In this document: piece by piece, positions 1 to 9,553 of the stretch
Layout of the letters: every line of letters starts with the position of its first letter
Numbering within the stretch: position 1 is the first letter of the stretch
From: Candidatus Wildermuthbacteria bacterium
GTDB lineage: Bacteria; Patescibacteriota; Minisyncoccia; Minisyncoccales; UBA10102
Assembly: GCA_016186115.1 (NCBI GenBank)
Contig: JACPMK010000002.1
Span: 8,983 to 72,982, forward strand
Length of the DNA stretch: 64,000 nt
Direction of reading: 5' to 3'
Position numbers and translations under genes: made by a program
Notes under the pieces: model-generated
Database searches by the model: none
Told to the model about the DNA's origin: nothing
What the model saw: only the letters and a program-made list of their open reading frames with translations

Positions 1-19
1 ACTCGAACCTCAAGAGATT

Positions 20-1861
20 TTGCTTGATCGACTAGCACTGCAGCAAGAGGAAAACGGCCTTGAGCAAAAGCGAATTGAAGTTCCCCTTTCCAAAACTGTT
101 GCACGGGCAATCTTTCTTTTGTTGCTAGTGGGCTTGGGGGTGTTTCTTGAGAGGACTTTTCATTTTCAAATTGCCGAACATCGTGCCCTTTCTGCTCTTG
201 CCGAACAGAACATGATTCGTACGGTTCCGATCTTTGCGGAAAGGGGCGTGATGTACGATCATTCCATGCGCCAGCTTGTGTTTAATCGTTCAGGATTTGA
301 TCTTATATGCGACAAGCGCGATATGCCTTCTGACCGCGAGGGTCTCGAGCGAAACTTGCGTTTGCTTAGCAAAATTCTTGAGCGGCCATTTGATGAATTG
401 AAAGCGAATTTCGGAGAAACGAGTGCCCCATTCTTTCTTGCTCAAGAAAAACTTTCTCACGAGCAGCGTATTATCTGGGAGGCGAAAAAGAACGAGGTCT
501 CGGGCTGTGAGGTCAGGGAAACGATTGTGCGAGAGTATGCGGGCAATGCTTTCGCGCATCTTCTTGGATATGTCTCGAGTATCTCTGTACAGGAATTAAG
601 AGAAAAGCCGGGATATTTTGTAGGAGAAAATATCGGAAAAATGGGCGTCGAGTCGTCCTATGAAGATGTTTTGCGTGGGGAACCGGGCGAAATCCTTATT
701 GAAAAAGATGCAATGGGCAATGTTTTGTCAGAAGGAAAAGCGAAGGATCCTCGATCGGGAAATAATGCTGTGCTATGGCTTCGTTCTGAACTCCAGCAGA
801 AAGCGCAGAATGCTTTGCAAAATGTATTTGAGAAAACAGGGACAAAGAAAGGAGCAGTAGTTGCAATGGATCCCCGGAACGGAGGAGTGCTGGCGCTTGT
901 CAGTTTGCCCACGTTCGATAATAATATCTTTACGAAAGGAATGGCTGCGCAGGAATGGGAACAACTGCAGCGCGATCCCTCTGCTCCCTTGTTTAATCGG
1001 GCGATTTCGGGAATCGGATATCCTACTGGTTCCGTGATTAAACCCCTGGTGGGTCTGGCTGCTCTGCAGGAGGGCATCATTAACGAGAAAAAAATTATTT
1101 ATGCTCCTTTGGAATTATGTATATGGAATAAATACAGTCAACAAGATGAGTGTTTCCGCGATTGGACGTATCATGGTGATAGCGATATCAAGAGAGCAAT
1201 TGCTGAATCGATCAATACATTTTTTTATATCATAGGAGGAGGATACGGAGATATCGAGGGGCTTGGCGCGCAGAAAATAAAAGAGTATATCCAGGAATTC
1301 GGCTGGGGAAGCAAAACGGGGATCGACATTCCTGGCGAGGGTGCTGGCATATTACCGAATCTTGAAAAGGATTGGCGCTTAGGGAATACCTACCATTTTT
1401 CCATTGGCCAAGGTCCTTTTTCCATTACACCTGTTCAGGTCGCAGCTGCCTTTGGCGCGATTGCCAATGGCGGCACGCTTTATCAGCCAAGGGTTGTGGA
1501 AAGAATTATTGATAAGGAGAAAAATACAGTAAGAGAAATTCAACCTGTGATTATACGAGATCATTTGTCAGATGCTTCGTATCTGGAAACAATCCGAAAG
1601 GGCATGAGGCAAACCGTAACCGCGGGATCTGCTACTAATTGGCTGAATGAACTTCCGGTAAAAGTTGCAGCAAAAACAGGCACTGCGCAAACAGGGAGGA
1701 AAACTTCCGATGGGAAAGATTATTTATACAACTGGACAGTTGCGTTTGCGCCTTACGAAAACCCGGAGATCGTTGTCGTGGCAGTGGTGGAAAATGCCAG
1801 AGAAAATCAGGCGGTCGCACTGCCCGTGGTAAAAGATATTCTTGAAGAGTATTTTAGATAA
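20..1861 (+). CDS. class B penicillin-binding protein (PBP2/FtsI-type peptidoglycan transpeptidase)
   Basis: 613-aa ORF with an N-terminal TM helix (AIFLLLLVGLGVFL), an SxxK motif (GSVIKP) and a KTG motif (AKTGTA). The frame stays open back to base 2, so the true start may lie upstream of the window. Confidence 0.85.
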   Translation: MLDRLALQQEENGLEQKRIEVPLSKTVARAIFLLLLVGLGVFLERTFHFQIAEHRALSALAEQNMIRTVPIFAERGVMYDHSMRQLVFNRSGFDLICDKRDMPSDREGLERNLRLLSKILERPFDELKANFGETSAPFFLAQEKLSHEQRIIWEAKKNEVSGCEVRETIVREYAGNAFAHLLGYVSSISVQELREKPGYFVGENIGKMGVESSYEDVLRGEPGEILIEKDAMGNVLSEGKAKDPRSGNNAVLWLRSELQQKAQNALQNVFEKTGTKKGAVVAMDPRNGGVLALVSLPTFDNNIFTKGMAAQEWEQLQRDPSAPLFNRAISGIGYPTGSVIKPLVGLAALQEGIINEKKIIYAPLELCIWNKYSQQDECFRDWTYHGDSDIKRAIAESINTFFYIIGGGYGDIEGLGAQKIKEYIQEFGWGSKTGIDIPGEGAGILPNLEKDWRLGNTYHFSIGQGPFSITPVQVAAAFGAIANGGTLYQPRVVERIIDKEKNTVREIQPVIIRDHLSDASYLETIRKGMRQTVTAGSATNWLNELPVKVAAKTGTAQTGRKTSDGKDYLYNWTVAFAPYENPEIVVVAVVENARENQAVALPVVKDILEEYFR

Positions 1862-1863
1862 AT

Positions 1864-2319
1864 ATGGCAAATTACATTACTGAAGAAGGAGTAAAGAAAA
1901 TTAAAGAAGAGCTCGATTATTTGAAGAATACCAAGCGCAAAGAAATTACCGAACGGATACGCGTTGCGGTTGCTCATGGCGACTTGAGTGAGAACTTTGA
2001 GTATGCGGCGGCAAGAGAGGAACAGGAAATGGTTGAGTTGCGGATACGCGAATTAGAAGAGGTTCTTTTGAATTCGACAAAGGTTTCGACGTCTGTTTCG
2101 GGAGATACGGTGCAAATTGGTTCTCATATTCTTCTCGAGGTTGACAGCAAAAAAGTGGAGTATATCATCACAGGTCCCCAGGAAACAGACCCTCTCAATG
2201 GAAAAATTTCAGCCGAGTCGCCTTTGGGCCGGGCCCTTTTGGGCAGAAGGAAAGGCGATACCGCAAGCTTGGAAACCCCCGGCGGCAAAACCATATACAA
2301 AATCCTTGAGATTGCGTAG
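1864..2319 (+). CDS. greA: transcription elongation factor GreA
   Basis: 151 aa. GreA-like N-terminal coiled coil (LSENFEYAAAREEQ) and a C-terminal FKBP-like domain. Starts 3 nt after the PBP stop. Confidence 0.9.
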   Translation: MANYITEEGVKKIKEELDYLKNTKRKEITERIRVAVAHGDLSENFEYAAAREEQEMVELRIRELEEVLLNSTKVSTSVSGDTVQIGSHILLEVDSKKVEYIITGPQETDPLNGKISAESPLGRALLGRRKGDTASLETPGGKTIYKILEIA

Positions 2320-2445
2320 GAACCGTATCGGGAGAATCGTATAAGGTTTATTATAAGATTTTTTGTTGCTATTTTTTGTTATAAATAATATTGTCTGTAA
2401 TAAATGCGATCGCAAGTATTATAGACAAAGCAATTCCTCTTTGTT

Positions 2446-3003
2446 TTAGGAAAGAAGTCCGAAATGACTCCGTAGTTTTATGTCATCTGATATTTTCTCC
2501 ACGATAGCAAGCTGAACATAGTGTGTTATACCCAGAAGTTCTGCTAAGAGCTGAATTTCGTTTTCGCAAGGCCATGGGCATGCCCAGGCGCTTTTTTGAA
2601 TTTGAAAGAAACCAAGGTTTTGCAATCTCATTCGTAACGCATTTCTTGCCGCCTTCTTTTTCTCTGGAATATCAAAGAGCACAATTCGCCATTTCCTGTC
2701 CCATTTTGATGGTTTTTCTATGTGGAGTTCTTCAAGGCGGTACTGTTTTACCTTTCTTTTGCCATTTTCTGTGAGTGCTACTGTAATCGTATTATCCTGT
2801 TTTTTAAGAATGACAAGACTATTTCTTTTTAGGTAGGAAAGCGTTTGTGCAATTTTTCGTTTGTCTCTTCCCCGAAACTCTTTTTTCCGTTGGAATATTT
2901 TGGCAAGTGGCATAAGAGCTCCGGGAGCAGTGAACGCTACCACCATGACTCCTCCCATAGCAAGCCCCAGGAGTATCTTTTTTGTAAGTTCTCTTTTTTT
3001 CAT
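2446..3003 (-). CDS. PaaX-like C-terminal domain protein (putative regulator), N-terminally hydrophobic
   Basis: 185 aa. The segment WRIVLFDIPEKKKAARNALRMRLQNLGFFQIQKSAWACP resembles the PaaX-family effector domain. A GGAGG Shine-Dalgarno sits upstream on the minus strand. Confidence 0.45.
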   Translation of the reverse strand: MKKRELTKKILLGLAMGGVMVVAFTAPGALMPLAKIFQRKKEFRGRDKRKIAQTLSYLKRNSLVILKKQDNTITVALTENGKRKVKQYRLEELHIEKPSKWDRKWRIVLFDIPEKKKAARNALRMRLQNLGFFQIQKSAWACPWPCENEIQLLAELLGITHYVQLAIVEKISDDIKLRSHFGLLS

Positions 3004-3122
3004 TCTTTCATTATTTCAAAAGGAGGAGTATATTGTCAACAGAATTTGCGATCGCTAGATTTGTAGGCAAATAGATAATAGATGTCGATTTTCCCTAGCG
3101 TTTGACACGCACAGTAGAATTC

Positions 3123-3151
3123 TTGACATTTTGGGGGTTGTGACATATAGT
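3123..3151 (+). promoter_or_regulatory. sigma70-like promoter (TTGACA-17-TATAGT) for the GlcG-like gene
   Basis: TTGACA at 3123-3128, an exact 17-nt spacer, TATAGT at 3146-3151. AAGGAGG SD at 3184-3190, before the TTG start at 3198. Confidence 0.55.
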
Positions 3152-3197
3152 AGAGGTTACTGCTCAAAAATGAGCAAGTGAAAAAGGAGGCGTTATT

Positions 3198-3614
3198 TTG
3201 ACCAAGTCCTTCCAGAAGAAGCACATCTCTCTTCAGACGGCCCAGGACATGGTGGTTGCCGCCATGAAGAAGGCCCAGGAGATCGGCGTGCCGAGTTCTA
3301 TTGCCGTGTGCGATGCCGATGGCACTCTCAAGGCCTTTGTCCGCATGGATGGCGCCGCCCTACTCTCGGTGCGCGTTGCTCAGCAAAAGGCGTGGACAGC
3401 CATCTCCTTCGGCATGGCCACGCATCAGTGGTTTGAGTTCATTAAAGGCGACCCGCCCCTGCTGCACGGCATTGTGCATCAGCAAGACCTCATTGTCTTT
3501 GGCGGTGGCTACCCCATCAAGGAAGGCAACGACATCATTGGTGGCATTGGCGTCAGCGGTGGGCACTACAGCCAGGACCAGCAGGTAGCGGAGGCCGGGC
3601 TGGCAGCGGTATAG
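3198..3614 (+). CDS. GlcG/HbpS-like heme-binding protein (DUF336 family)
   Basis: 138 aa. The pattern AV(C)DxxG...GGG(Y)PI...GxIGVSGG is typical of GlcG/DUF336. Strong SD, its own promoter and terminator. Codons are visibly GC-rich (GCC/GGC) compared with the neighbouring genes. Confidence 0.7.
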   Translation: MTKSFQKKHISLQTAQDMVVAAMKKAQEIGVPSSIAVCDADGTLKAFVRMDGAALLSVRVAQQKAWTAISFGMATHQWFEFIKGDPPLLHGIVHQQDLIVFGGGYPIKEGNDIIGGIGVSGGHYSQDQQVAEAGLAAV

Positions 3615-3632
3615 CAGGTTTGATCTTTCAAC

Positions 3633-3674
3633 GGGGTGGTTGAGCGAAAGCTCAATCACCCCGCATTGTTTTTA
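3633..3674 (+). terminator. intrinsic terminator after the GlcG-like gene
   Basis: 13-bp stem GGGGTGGTTGAGC/GCTCAATCACCCC (one G-T pair) with a GAAA loop, followed by GCATTGTTTTTA. Confidence 0.7.
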
Positions 3675-3724
3675 TGGCGTTGTTTTTGACCGGAGGCGGA
3701 AAATGCAGTAGAATTATGTAAACT

Positions 3725-5188
3725 ATGGCTACGATTGAAGAGATAAGAAAAGCAAGGTTAGAGAAATTAACGCGTCTGCAAAAAGCAGGGCTTTTGGCAT
3801 ATCCTTTAAAACTCAAAAGAACTTACAGAATTCAAGAACTTGTGAAAAGTTTTGCTCAATTGGCCAAAAGCCAGAAAGAAATCACCGTAACAGGCAGGAT
3901 CCGAAGTATACGCGAGCATGGCGGTTCCACGTTTTTTAACATTGAAGACGCGACAGGAATGATTCAATCCTATATCAAGCGCGACAGAGTGGGAGAAAAT
4001 GCCTATCAGCTTTTTCTTGAGAATTTCGATATCGGCGATTTCGTACAGGTGCGGGGCATTTTGTTCAATACAAAAAAGGGAGAAAAAACCATTGAGGTCG
4101 CTGATTACAAAATGCTTGCCAAAACATTTTTGCCTCTGCCCGATAAATGGCATGGACTTCAGGACGTGGAAGAAAGATACCGCAAAAGATACCTCGACCT
4201 CATTTTCAATGCAGAGGTAAAACAAAAATTCGAGCAGCGCGCAAAAATTCTCAAAGCCATCCGCGCATTTCTTGACGCAGAGGGATTTTTCGAGGTTGAA
4301 ACCCCAATTCTTCAGCCCTTGTATGGGGGAGCCGAAGCAAAGCCCTTCGTTACTCGTTTGAATGCTTTTGAGATGGATATGTATCTGCGCATAGCACCTG
4401 AACTTTATTTAAAACGTCTGATCGTTGGCGGGTTTGAAAAAGTATACGAAATCGGGCGCGTGTTTCGCAACGAGGGCGTTGACCGTTCGCATAATCCCGA
4501 TTTCACCATGCTCGAATTTTACTGGGCTTATGCTGATTATAAAGATTTGATGAAATTGACCGAGAAATTGTTTCTCCATATTTTTAAGGAATTATTCAAG
4601 AGAGCAAAAATCACGTACGAGGGCAAAGAATTGAATTTTAAAGCCCCTTGGCCGAGAATCGAGTACGTAGATTTGCTCCGCCAATATGCAAAAGTAGACA
4701 TTGAATCAGCAAATAAAGATGCCTTAACGCAGAAGGCAGAAGCATTGGGAGTTCCCGTGGACGCAAAATTCAGCAAGTTTCAAGTGGCTGATGCGATGTA
4801 CAAAAAATATTGCTTGCCTCGCCTTTGGAATCCAACTTTTGTCATTCATCATCCTGCAGGGTCAAAACCGCTCGCCAAGCAATTGGATGATGATCCTTCC
4901 AAGCTCGGATCTTTTCAGCTTATTGCCGCAGGATGGGAGTTGGTCAATGCGTTTTCCGAACAGAATAATCCTTTGCAGCAGCGCAAGATTTTTGAAGAGC
5001 AAGATACATTGCGCAAAGAAGGCATGGGCGAGGCACATCCTTTTGACGAGGATTTTCTAGAAGCCCTTGAATATGGCATGCCCCCGACTGCAGGATTCGG
5101 CATGGGCATTGACCGCCTCACTGCGCTCCTTACTGATTCCCATTCTTTGCGCGAAGTGATTTTATTCCCCACCATGAAACCGAAATAG
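3725..5188 (+). CDS. lysS: lysyl-tRNA synthetase, class II
   Basis: 487 aa. N-terminal OB anticodon-binding domain and class II motifs (FRNEG, GxGxGxDR: GFGMGIDRL). Confidence 0.92.
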   Translation: MATIEEIRKARLEKLTRLQKAGLLAYPLKLKRTYRIQELVKSFAQLAKSQKEITVTGRIRSIREHGGSTFFNIEDATGMIQSYIKRDRVGENAYQLFLENFDIGDFVQVRGILFNTKKGEKTIEVADYKMLAKTFLPLPDKWHGLQDVEERYRKRYLDLIFNAEVKQKFEQRAKILKAIRAFLDAEGFFEVETPILQPLYGGAEAKPFVTRLNAFEMDMYLRIAPELYLKRLIVGGFEKVYEIGRVFRNEGVDRSHNPDFTMLEFYWAYADYKDLMKLTEKLFLHIFKELFKRAKITYEGKELNFKAPWPRIEYVDLLRQYAKVDIESANKDALTQKAEALGVPVDAKFSKFQVADAMYKKYCLPRLWNPTFVIHHPAGSKPLAKQLDDDPSKLGSFQLIAAGWELVNAFSEQNNPLQQRKIFEEQDTLRKEGMGEAHPFDEDFLEALEYGMPPTAGFGMGIDRLTALLTDSHSLREVILFPTMKPK

Positions 5189-5189
5189 T

Positions 5190-6425
5190 ATGCTCGACAT
5201 TAAATTCATTCGGGAAAATCCAGAAAAAGTAAAAGACGGGATTGCAAAAAAGGGAGCAAGACCAGATTTGGTTGACGCGGTGCTGGAATTGGATAAAAAA
5301 AGGCGGGGATATCTTCAGAAAGTGGAGGAATTAAAAGCCCGTCAGAACAAATTGGGAAAAGATCATGTCGAAGAGGCAAAAGAAATAAAAAACCAAATTA
5401 AGGAATTGGCGCCAGAGTTGGAAAGTATTGAAAAAGAACTCCATGAAACGATTTTGCGATTGCCCAACTTGCCTTTTGAAGATGTTCCGGTTGGAGACGA
5501 AAGCAAGAGCGTAGTATTGCGAGAGGCGGGGGAAAAGCCCAATTTTGATTTTCAATCAAAGGATTATATGGAGCTCGGTGAGTCCTTGGATTTGATTGAT
5601 GTAAAACGGGCTGGGAAGGTTGCCGGAAGCCGTTTCGGCTATCTCAAAAGAGAGGCAGCCTTAATCGAGTTTGCTTTAATGAAACTTGCTTTCGATGCGT
5701 TGACGAAAGAAGGTTTTATCCCAGTTGTTCCGCCAGTGATGCTGAAAAGCCAGATGGCTCGCGGGATGGGCTATCTGGAGCAGACCGATAAAGAAGAAGC
5801 ATACTATTTGCCACAGGATGATTTGTATCTGGCGGGAACTGCTGAACAGCCCTTAGGCACTCTTCATGCGGATGAAATTTTTGATGAGCAGGAGTTGCCC
5901 CGCAGGTATGCTGGGTTTTCAACCTGTTTTCGAAGGGAAGCCGGATCTTATGGGAAAGACACAAAAGGAATATTCAGAGTGCATCAGTTTGATAAAATAG
6001 AGATGTTTAGTTACGCAAAGCCCGAGGATTCAAAAAAAGAGCACGAGTTTTTATTGGGCCTTCAGGAAAAATTTATGAAGCAGCTTGAACTGCCTTACCA
6101 CGTGGTGCTCATCGCTTCTGGAGATTTGGGGAACCCAGCTGCCAAAAAATATGATATTGAAACTTGGTTGCCTTCGGAGGGGAGATACCGGGAGACCCAT
6201 TCCACTTCGAATTGCACTGATTATCAAGCGAGACGTTTGAACATCCGTTATCGCAAAAAGGACGGAGGGATCGAATTCGTCCATACCTTAAATGGTACTG
6301 TCTTTGCCATTGGCAGAATGCTGATTATGATAATGGAAAATTGCCAACAAAAGGATGGGAGTATAGCAATTCCCAAAGTTTTGCAAAAATATATAGGAAA
6401 GAAAAAAATCGAAAGGCCGGTCTAG
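5190..6425 (+). CDS. serS: seryl-tRNA synthetase
   Basis: 411 aa. N-terminal coiled-coil arm (MLDIKFIRENPE...), class II core (FRREAGS, TLNGT). Starts 2 nt after the lysS stop. Confidence 0.92.
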   Translation: MLDIKFIRENPEKVKDGIAKKGARPDLVDAVLELDKKRRGYLQKVEELKARQNKLGKDHVEEAKEIKNQIKELAPELESIEKELHETILRLPNLPFEDVPVGDESKSVVLREAGEKPNFDFQSKDYMELGESLDLIDVKRAGKVAGSRFGYLKREAALIEFALMKLAFDALTKEGFIPVVPPVMLKSQMARGMGYLEQTDKEEAYYLPQDDLYLAGTAEQPLGTLHADEIFDEQELPRRYAGFSTCFRREAGSYGKDTKGIFRVHQFDKIEMFSYAKPEDSKKEHEFLLGLQEKFMKQLELPYHVVLIASGDLGNPAAKKYDIETWLPSEGRYRETHSTSNCTDYQARRLNIRYRKKDGGIEFVHTLNGTVFAIGRMLIMIMENCQQKDGSIAIPKVLQKYIGKKKIERPV

Positions 6426-6679
6426 CGCGACCGGCCTCTTTGGAGGATCCATTTCCTCACTGTCTCTCCTGCCAACATTGGCCAGAAGCACGCAAGGACG
6501 ACGGTGGTTAAAGAATGGTCGAAAAATGCCTCTGTGCCGGCATTCTCTGCTCCATTCTTGATATGCCGCTCCTTGGCATTCAGATATTGATCTTTCTTTC
6601 TGGCTTGCAGAAAAATAGTGATAATTAATCCTGTCACATATATGGATATAAACCCCAGAACAAGTACTTCCCACATCAT
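6422..6679 (-). CDS. small membrane protein, unknown function
   Basis: 85 aa with two hydrophobic segments. AAGGAGG SD lies 6-7 nt upstream of the ATG on the minus strand. Its 3' end overlaps the serS stop by 4 nt (convergent genes). Confidence 0.5.
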   Translation of the reverse strand: MMWEVLVLGFISIYVTGLIITIFLQARKKDQYLNAKERHIKNGAENAGTEAFFDHSLTTVVLACFWPMLAGETVRKWILQRGRSR

Positions 6680-6743
6680 CTTCTACCTCCTTTAAGAGAA
6701 TAATGCCGCCTCCATAATATAATTTTTATAGAAATAGTCAAGC

Positions 6744-7511
6744 ATGCAGGAGAAAGATATTCTCATGAATGGGTTCAAAGTTCACTATAGAATCATGGGA
6801 CAGGGTCAACCGCTCTTGATTTTGCACGGCTGGGGTAGCTCCTCGGATCACTGGGTCAAAGTTCAGGAGCATATTGCAAGAGAGGAGATGGAAGTTGTTG
6901 TGCCCGATCTCCCCGGTTTTGGAAAAACCAATTGCCCGTCCGTAATTTGGGGCGTAAAGGATTACGCGGAATTTGTTGCGCAATTCGCAGCAAGCATCGG
7001 ATTAAAAAAGTTTTCTCTTGCCGGGCATTCTTTTGGCGGGCAGGTTGCAATCCAATTTGCGGTTTTCTATCCAGAGAAAATTGAAAAGCTTATTCTCATT
7101 GCTCCCGCGGCAATACGCAGAAGACCGGGCGTGAAAAATTCAGTGCTACGATTTGCCGCAAAAATAATTGGCATTGCGCTGTATGTTTTGCCTCCCAATG
7201 TGGGGGCGAATATAAAAAGTATAGGGTACCGGCTGCTGCGCAGGCCTGACTATCTGAAATCATACGGTATTATGAAGGATATCTTTAAACAAGTCATTAG
7301 CGAGGATTTGTCATCTGTTTTAAAAGATATTCGCGTACCAACGCTTTTGATATGGGGCAGGAGAGATACGCTCACTGCTCTTGAGGACGGGGTTTTTATG
7401 TCAAAGCAGATTCCCAATGCGATATTTAAGATCGATGATTCTTGCGGGCATAATTTTCATGTGCAGATTCCCGAAGTCTTGGCGAAAATGACAGTTCAGT
7501 TTATCAAATAA
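6744..7511 (+). CDS. alpha/beta-fold hydrolase
   Basis: 255 aa. HGWG oxyanion region, nucleophile elbow GHSFGG, C-terminal catalytic His (CGHNFH). Confidence 0.8.
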   Translation: MQEKDILMNGFKVHYRIMGQGQPLLILHGWGSSSDHWVKVQEHIAREEMEVVVPDLPGFGKTNCPSVIWGVKDYAEFVAQFAASIGLKKFSLAGHSFGGQVAIQFAVFYPEKIEKLILIAPAAIRRRPGVKNSVLRFAAKIIGIALYVLPPNVGANIKSIGYRLLRRPDYLKSYGIMKDIFKQVISEDLSSVLKDIRVPTLLIWGRRDTLTALEDGVFMSKQIPNAIFKIDDSCGHNFHVQIPEVLAKMTVQFIK

Positions 7512-7512
7512 A

Positions 7513-7541
7513 GCGCCAATCTCGTAATACGAGATTGGCGC
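7513..7541 (-). terminator. hairpin between convergent genes (terminator for the 67-aa gene)
   Basis: Perfect 12-bp stem GCGCCAATCTCG/CGAGATTGGCGC with a TAATA loop. A T-rich tract (TTTATTTG) follows on the minus strand only. Confidence 0.55.
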
Positions 7542-7553
7542 GGGGAAAGAACT

Positions 7554-7757
7554 TTACTTTTGCTCATTACTTTTGTCAGAGGATTCGGTAATTTCTACTT
7601 CTCCTTTGCCGCGAATCTTGATAACGAAGCGGCATTTAGGATTCGTGCATGCCCATGCCTTATAGGGGATAGGGGTCCCCTCTCTGGTATAATCTGATAG
7701 GGGAACCAAGTCCCCTTTCCCGCATCTCTGGCATTTTGGAAGGTTAGGTAGGACCAT
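7554..7757 (-). CDS. small zinc-ribbon protein
   Basis: 67 aa with CQRCG...X26...CTNPKC (CxxC/CxxxxC pair). AAAGGAGGAAAT SD directly upstream. Confidence 0.6.
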   Translation of the reverse strand: MVLPNLPKCQRCGKGDLVPLSDYTREGTPIPYKAWACTNPKCRFVIKIRGKGEVEITESSDKSNEQK

Positions 7758-7789
7758 ATTTCCTCCTTTAGCTACAGCTCTACCATATC

Positions 7790-9553
7790 ATGTTTGAAAC
7801 TCTATTCCCAAATATCATACATTTTCTTTTTTCATTGAGCGCGTTAGCGTTTTGGTCACTTCCGGTTTTGTGGTTGGTTCGTCAAGTGAAGGCAATCAAC
7901 GTATGGCTTTATCTCTGGCAATTAAAGGAATACCATATCGGAAGGTTCATTGACCATTTCCGTACTACAAAAGGGAAAAAGTTAGTATGCAACAAAGCGA
8001 TTGCAATTAAATTTCTATTTTTTCTGATTTTTATAAGTCAAGCAATTTATTTCGTGTTTGCATATCCTCTCGATAAAATTGTATCCCGCCCCGATATTGT
8101 GGAGGATTTTCTTCCATTTTTGCAAGTAGGGAGCTTTATTGGTCTATTCGGCATGTATAGTTTTGAGGCATATAGAGGAATCCGAAATTTTATAAAGAGG
8201 TTATACATTCCTGTTTTCACTAAAAAAATAATTTTCTTATTTTTTATAGGGATTACAGTACAAATCTTTTTGCCATTATCTTTATTCTTGACGCCAGTAT
8301 TTGCCAGTATTTTCCCTGATAGTTTTAAAAGTTTTACTGCTGGTATATTAATGTTTTTTGCGTTAGGGATTTTTGTAGATCTTGCCACTCCTATTATTGT
8401 TTCTGCAATAGTGCTTATCTTTCAACCATTTGCTATGTTGGGGAAGAGACATATTATTGCAAAGGCAAAACAGAAAAGGGCAAATCTGAAAAATTTGAAG
8501 GTAGTCGGTATCACAGGAAGCTACGGAAAAACATCAACCAAAGAATTTCTTTTTACCATATTACAAGAGAAATTTCGTGTATTAAAAACCCCGGAACACC
8601 GGAATTCCGAGATTGGAATTTCGCAAACAATTCTCAATGATTTAAAAGAAGATCACCAAATTTTTATTTGCGAAATGGGAGCGTACAATAAAGGAGGAGT
8701 GAAGTTGCTTGCAGAAATCGCCCAACCCCAGATTGCAATTCTCACGGGGGCAAATGAACAACACTTAGCTCTATTTGGTTCAATGGAGAATCTCTTGAGC
8801 GCAGAGGGTGGGGGAGAGCTAGTTGAGACATTGCCGGAAAATGGAACGGTAATCATAAATGGATATAGCGAAAAACTCAAAACTCAAATCCCCCGCCTTC
8901 GCCAGACCTATAGCGGGCAAGTAAAACTCAAAAAATTTATTGTTGCTGGGGAAGATATGCGAGCAGCGAATGTACGCGTGGAGAAGGAGAATATTTATTT
9001 TGAGGTAGATGGGGTGCAGTTTCAGGTGTCCGTATGTGGCGGCCACAACGTGCAGAATTTGTCGGTCGCCATAGCCGCGGCGCGAGAGCTGGGGATGGGG
9101 CTGAAAGAAATTGCAGAGGCGTGCGAGAAAATTACTCAAGATATGGGTGCAATGAAGTTGAGAAAAGGAATCAATGGGCTCAACATTATTAATGCAACGT
9201 ATTCCGCAAATCCTGATGGGGTTATTGCGGCTTTAGAATATCTGAAATTATGGGAAGGCAAAAAAGTTATTGTGATGCCGTGTCTCATTGAGCTTGGAAT
9301 GGCGTCCGAGCAAGTCCACAAAAAAATCGGCCAGAAAATAGGAGAGGTATGCGACTTGGCGATTATCGTTACCAAAGATAAATTTCAAGCCATCAAAGAA
9401 GGTATGGCTCAAGGCAAGGCAGAAGTTGTGTATTCAGAAAATCCTCAAGCAATTTTTGAAAAGGTAAGGCCTTTCACTGTGTCAGATAATGTGCTTTTGC
9501 TGGAAGGCAGAATACCGCAACAGATTATAAACCAGTTTGTAGAAAAACCATGA
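7790..9553 (+). CDS. murF: UDP-MurNAc-tripeptide--D-Ala-D-Ala ligase (MurF) with an N-terminal polytopic membrane domain
   Basis: 587 aa. Residues ~1-215 are hydrophobic TM-like segments. The Mur ligase P-loop GITGSYGKTSTKE follows, then the central and C-terminal domains. Confidence 0.8.
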   Translation: MFETLFPNIIHFLFSLSALAFWSLPVLWLVRQVKAINVWLYLWQLKEYHIGRFIDHFRTTKGKKLVCNKAIAIKFLFFLIFISQAIYFVFAYPLDKIVSRPDIVEDFLPFLQVGSFIGLFGMYSFEAYRGIRNFIKRLYIPVFTKKIIFLFFIGITVQIFLPLSLFLTPVFASIFPDSFKSFTAGILMFFALGIFVDLATPIIVSAIVLIFQPFAMLGKRHIIAKAKQKRANLKNLKVVGITGSYGKTSTKEFLFTILQEKFRVLKTPEHRNSEIGISQTILNDLKEDHQIFICEMGAYNKGGVKLLAEIAQPQIAILTGANEQHLALFGSMENLLSAEGGGELVETLPENGTVIINGYSEKLKTQIPRLRQTYSGQVKLKKFIVAGEDMRAANVRVEKENIYFEVDGVQFQVSVCGGHNVQNLSVAIAAARELGMGLKEIAEACEKITQDMGAMKLRKGINGLNIINATYSANPDGVIAALEYLKLWEGKKVIVMPCLIELGMASEQVHKKIGQKIGEVCDLAIIVTKDKFQAIKEGMAQGKAEVVYSENPQAIFEKVRPFTVSDNVLLLEGRIPQQIINQFVEKP

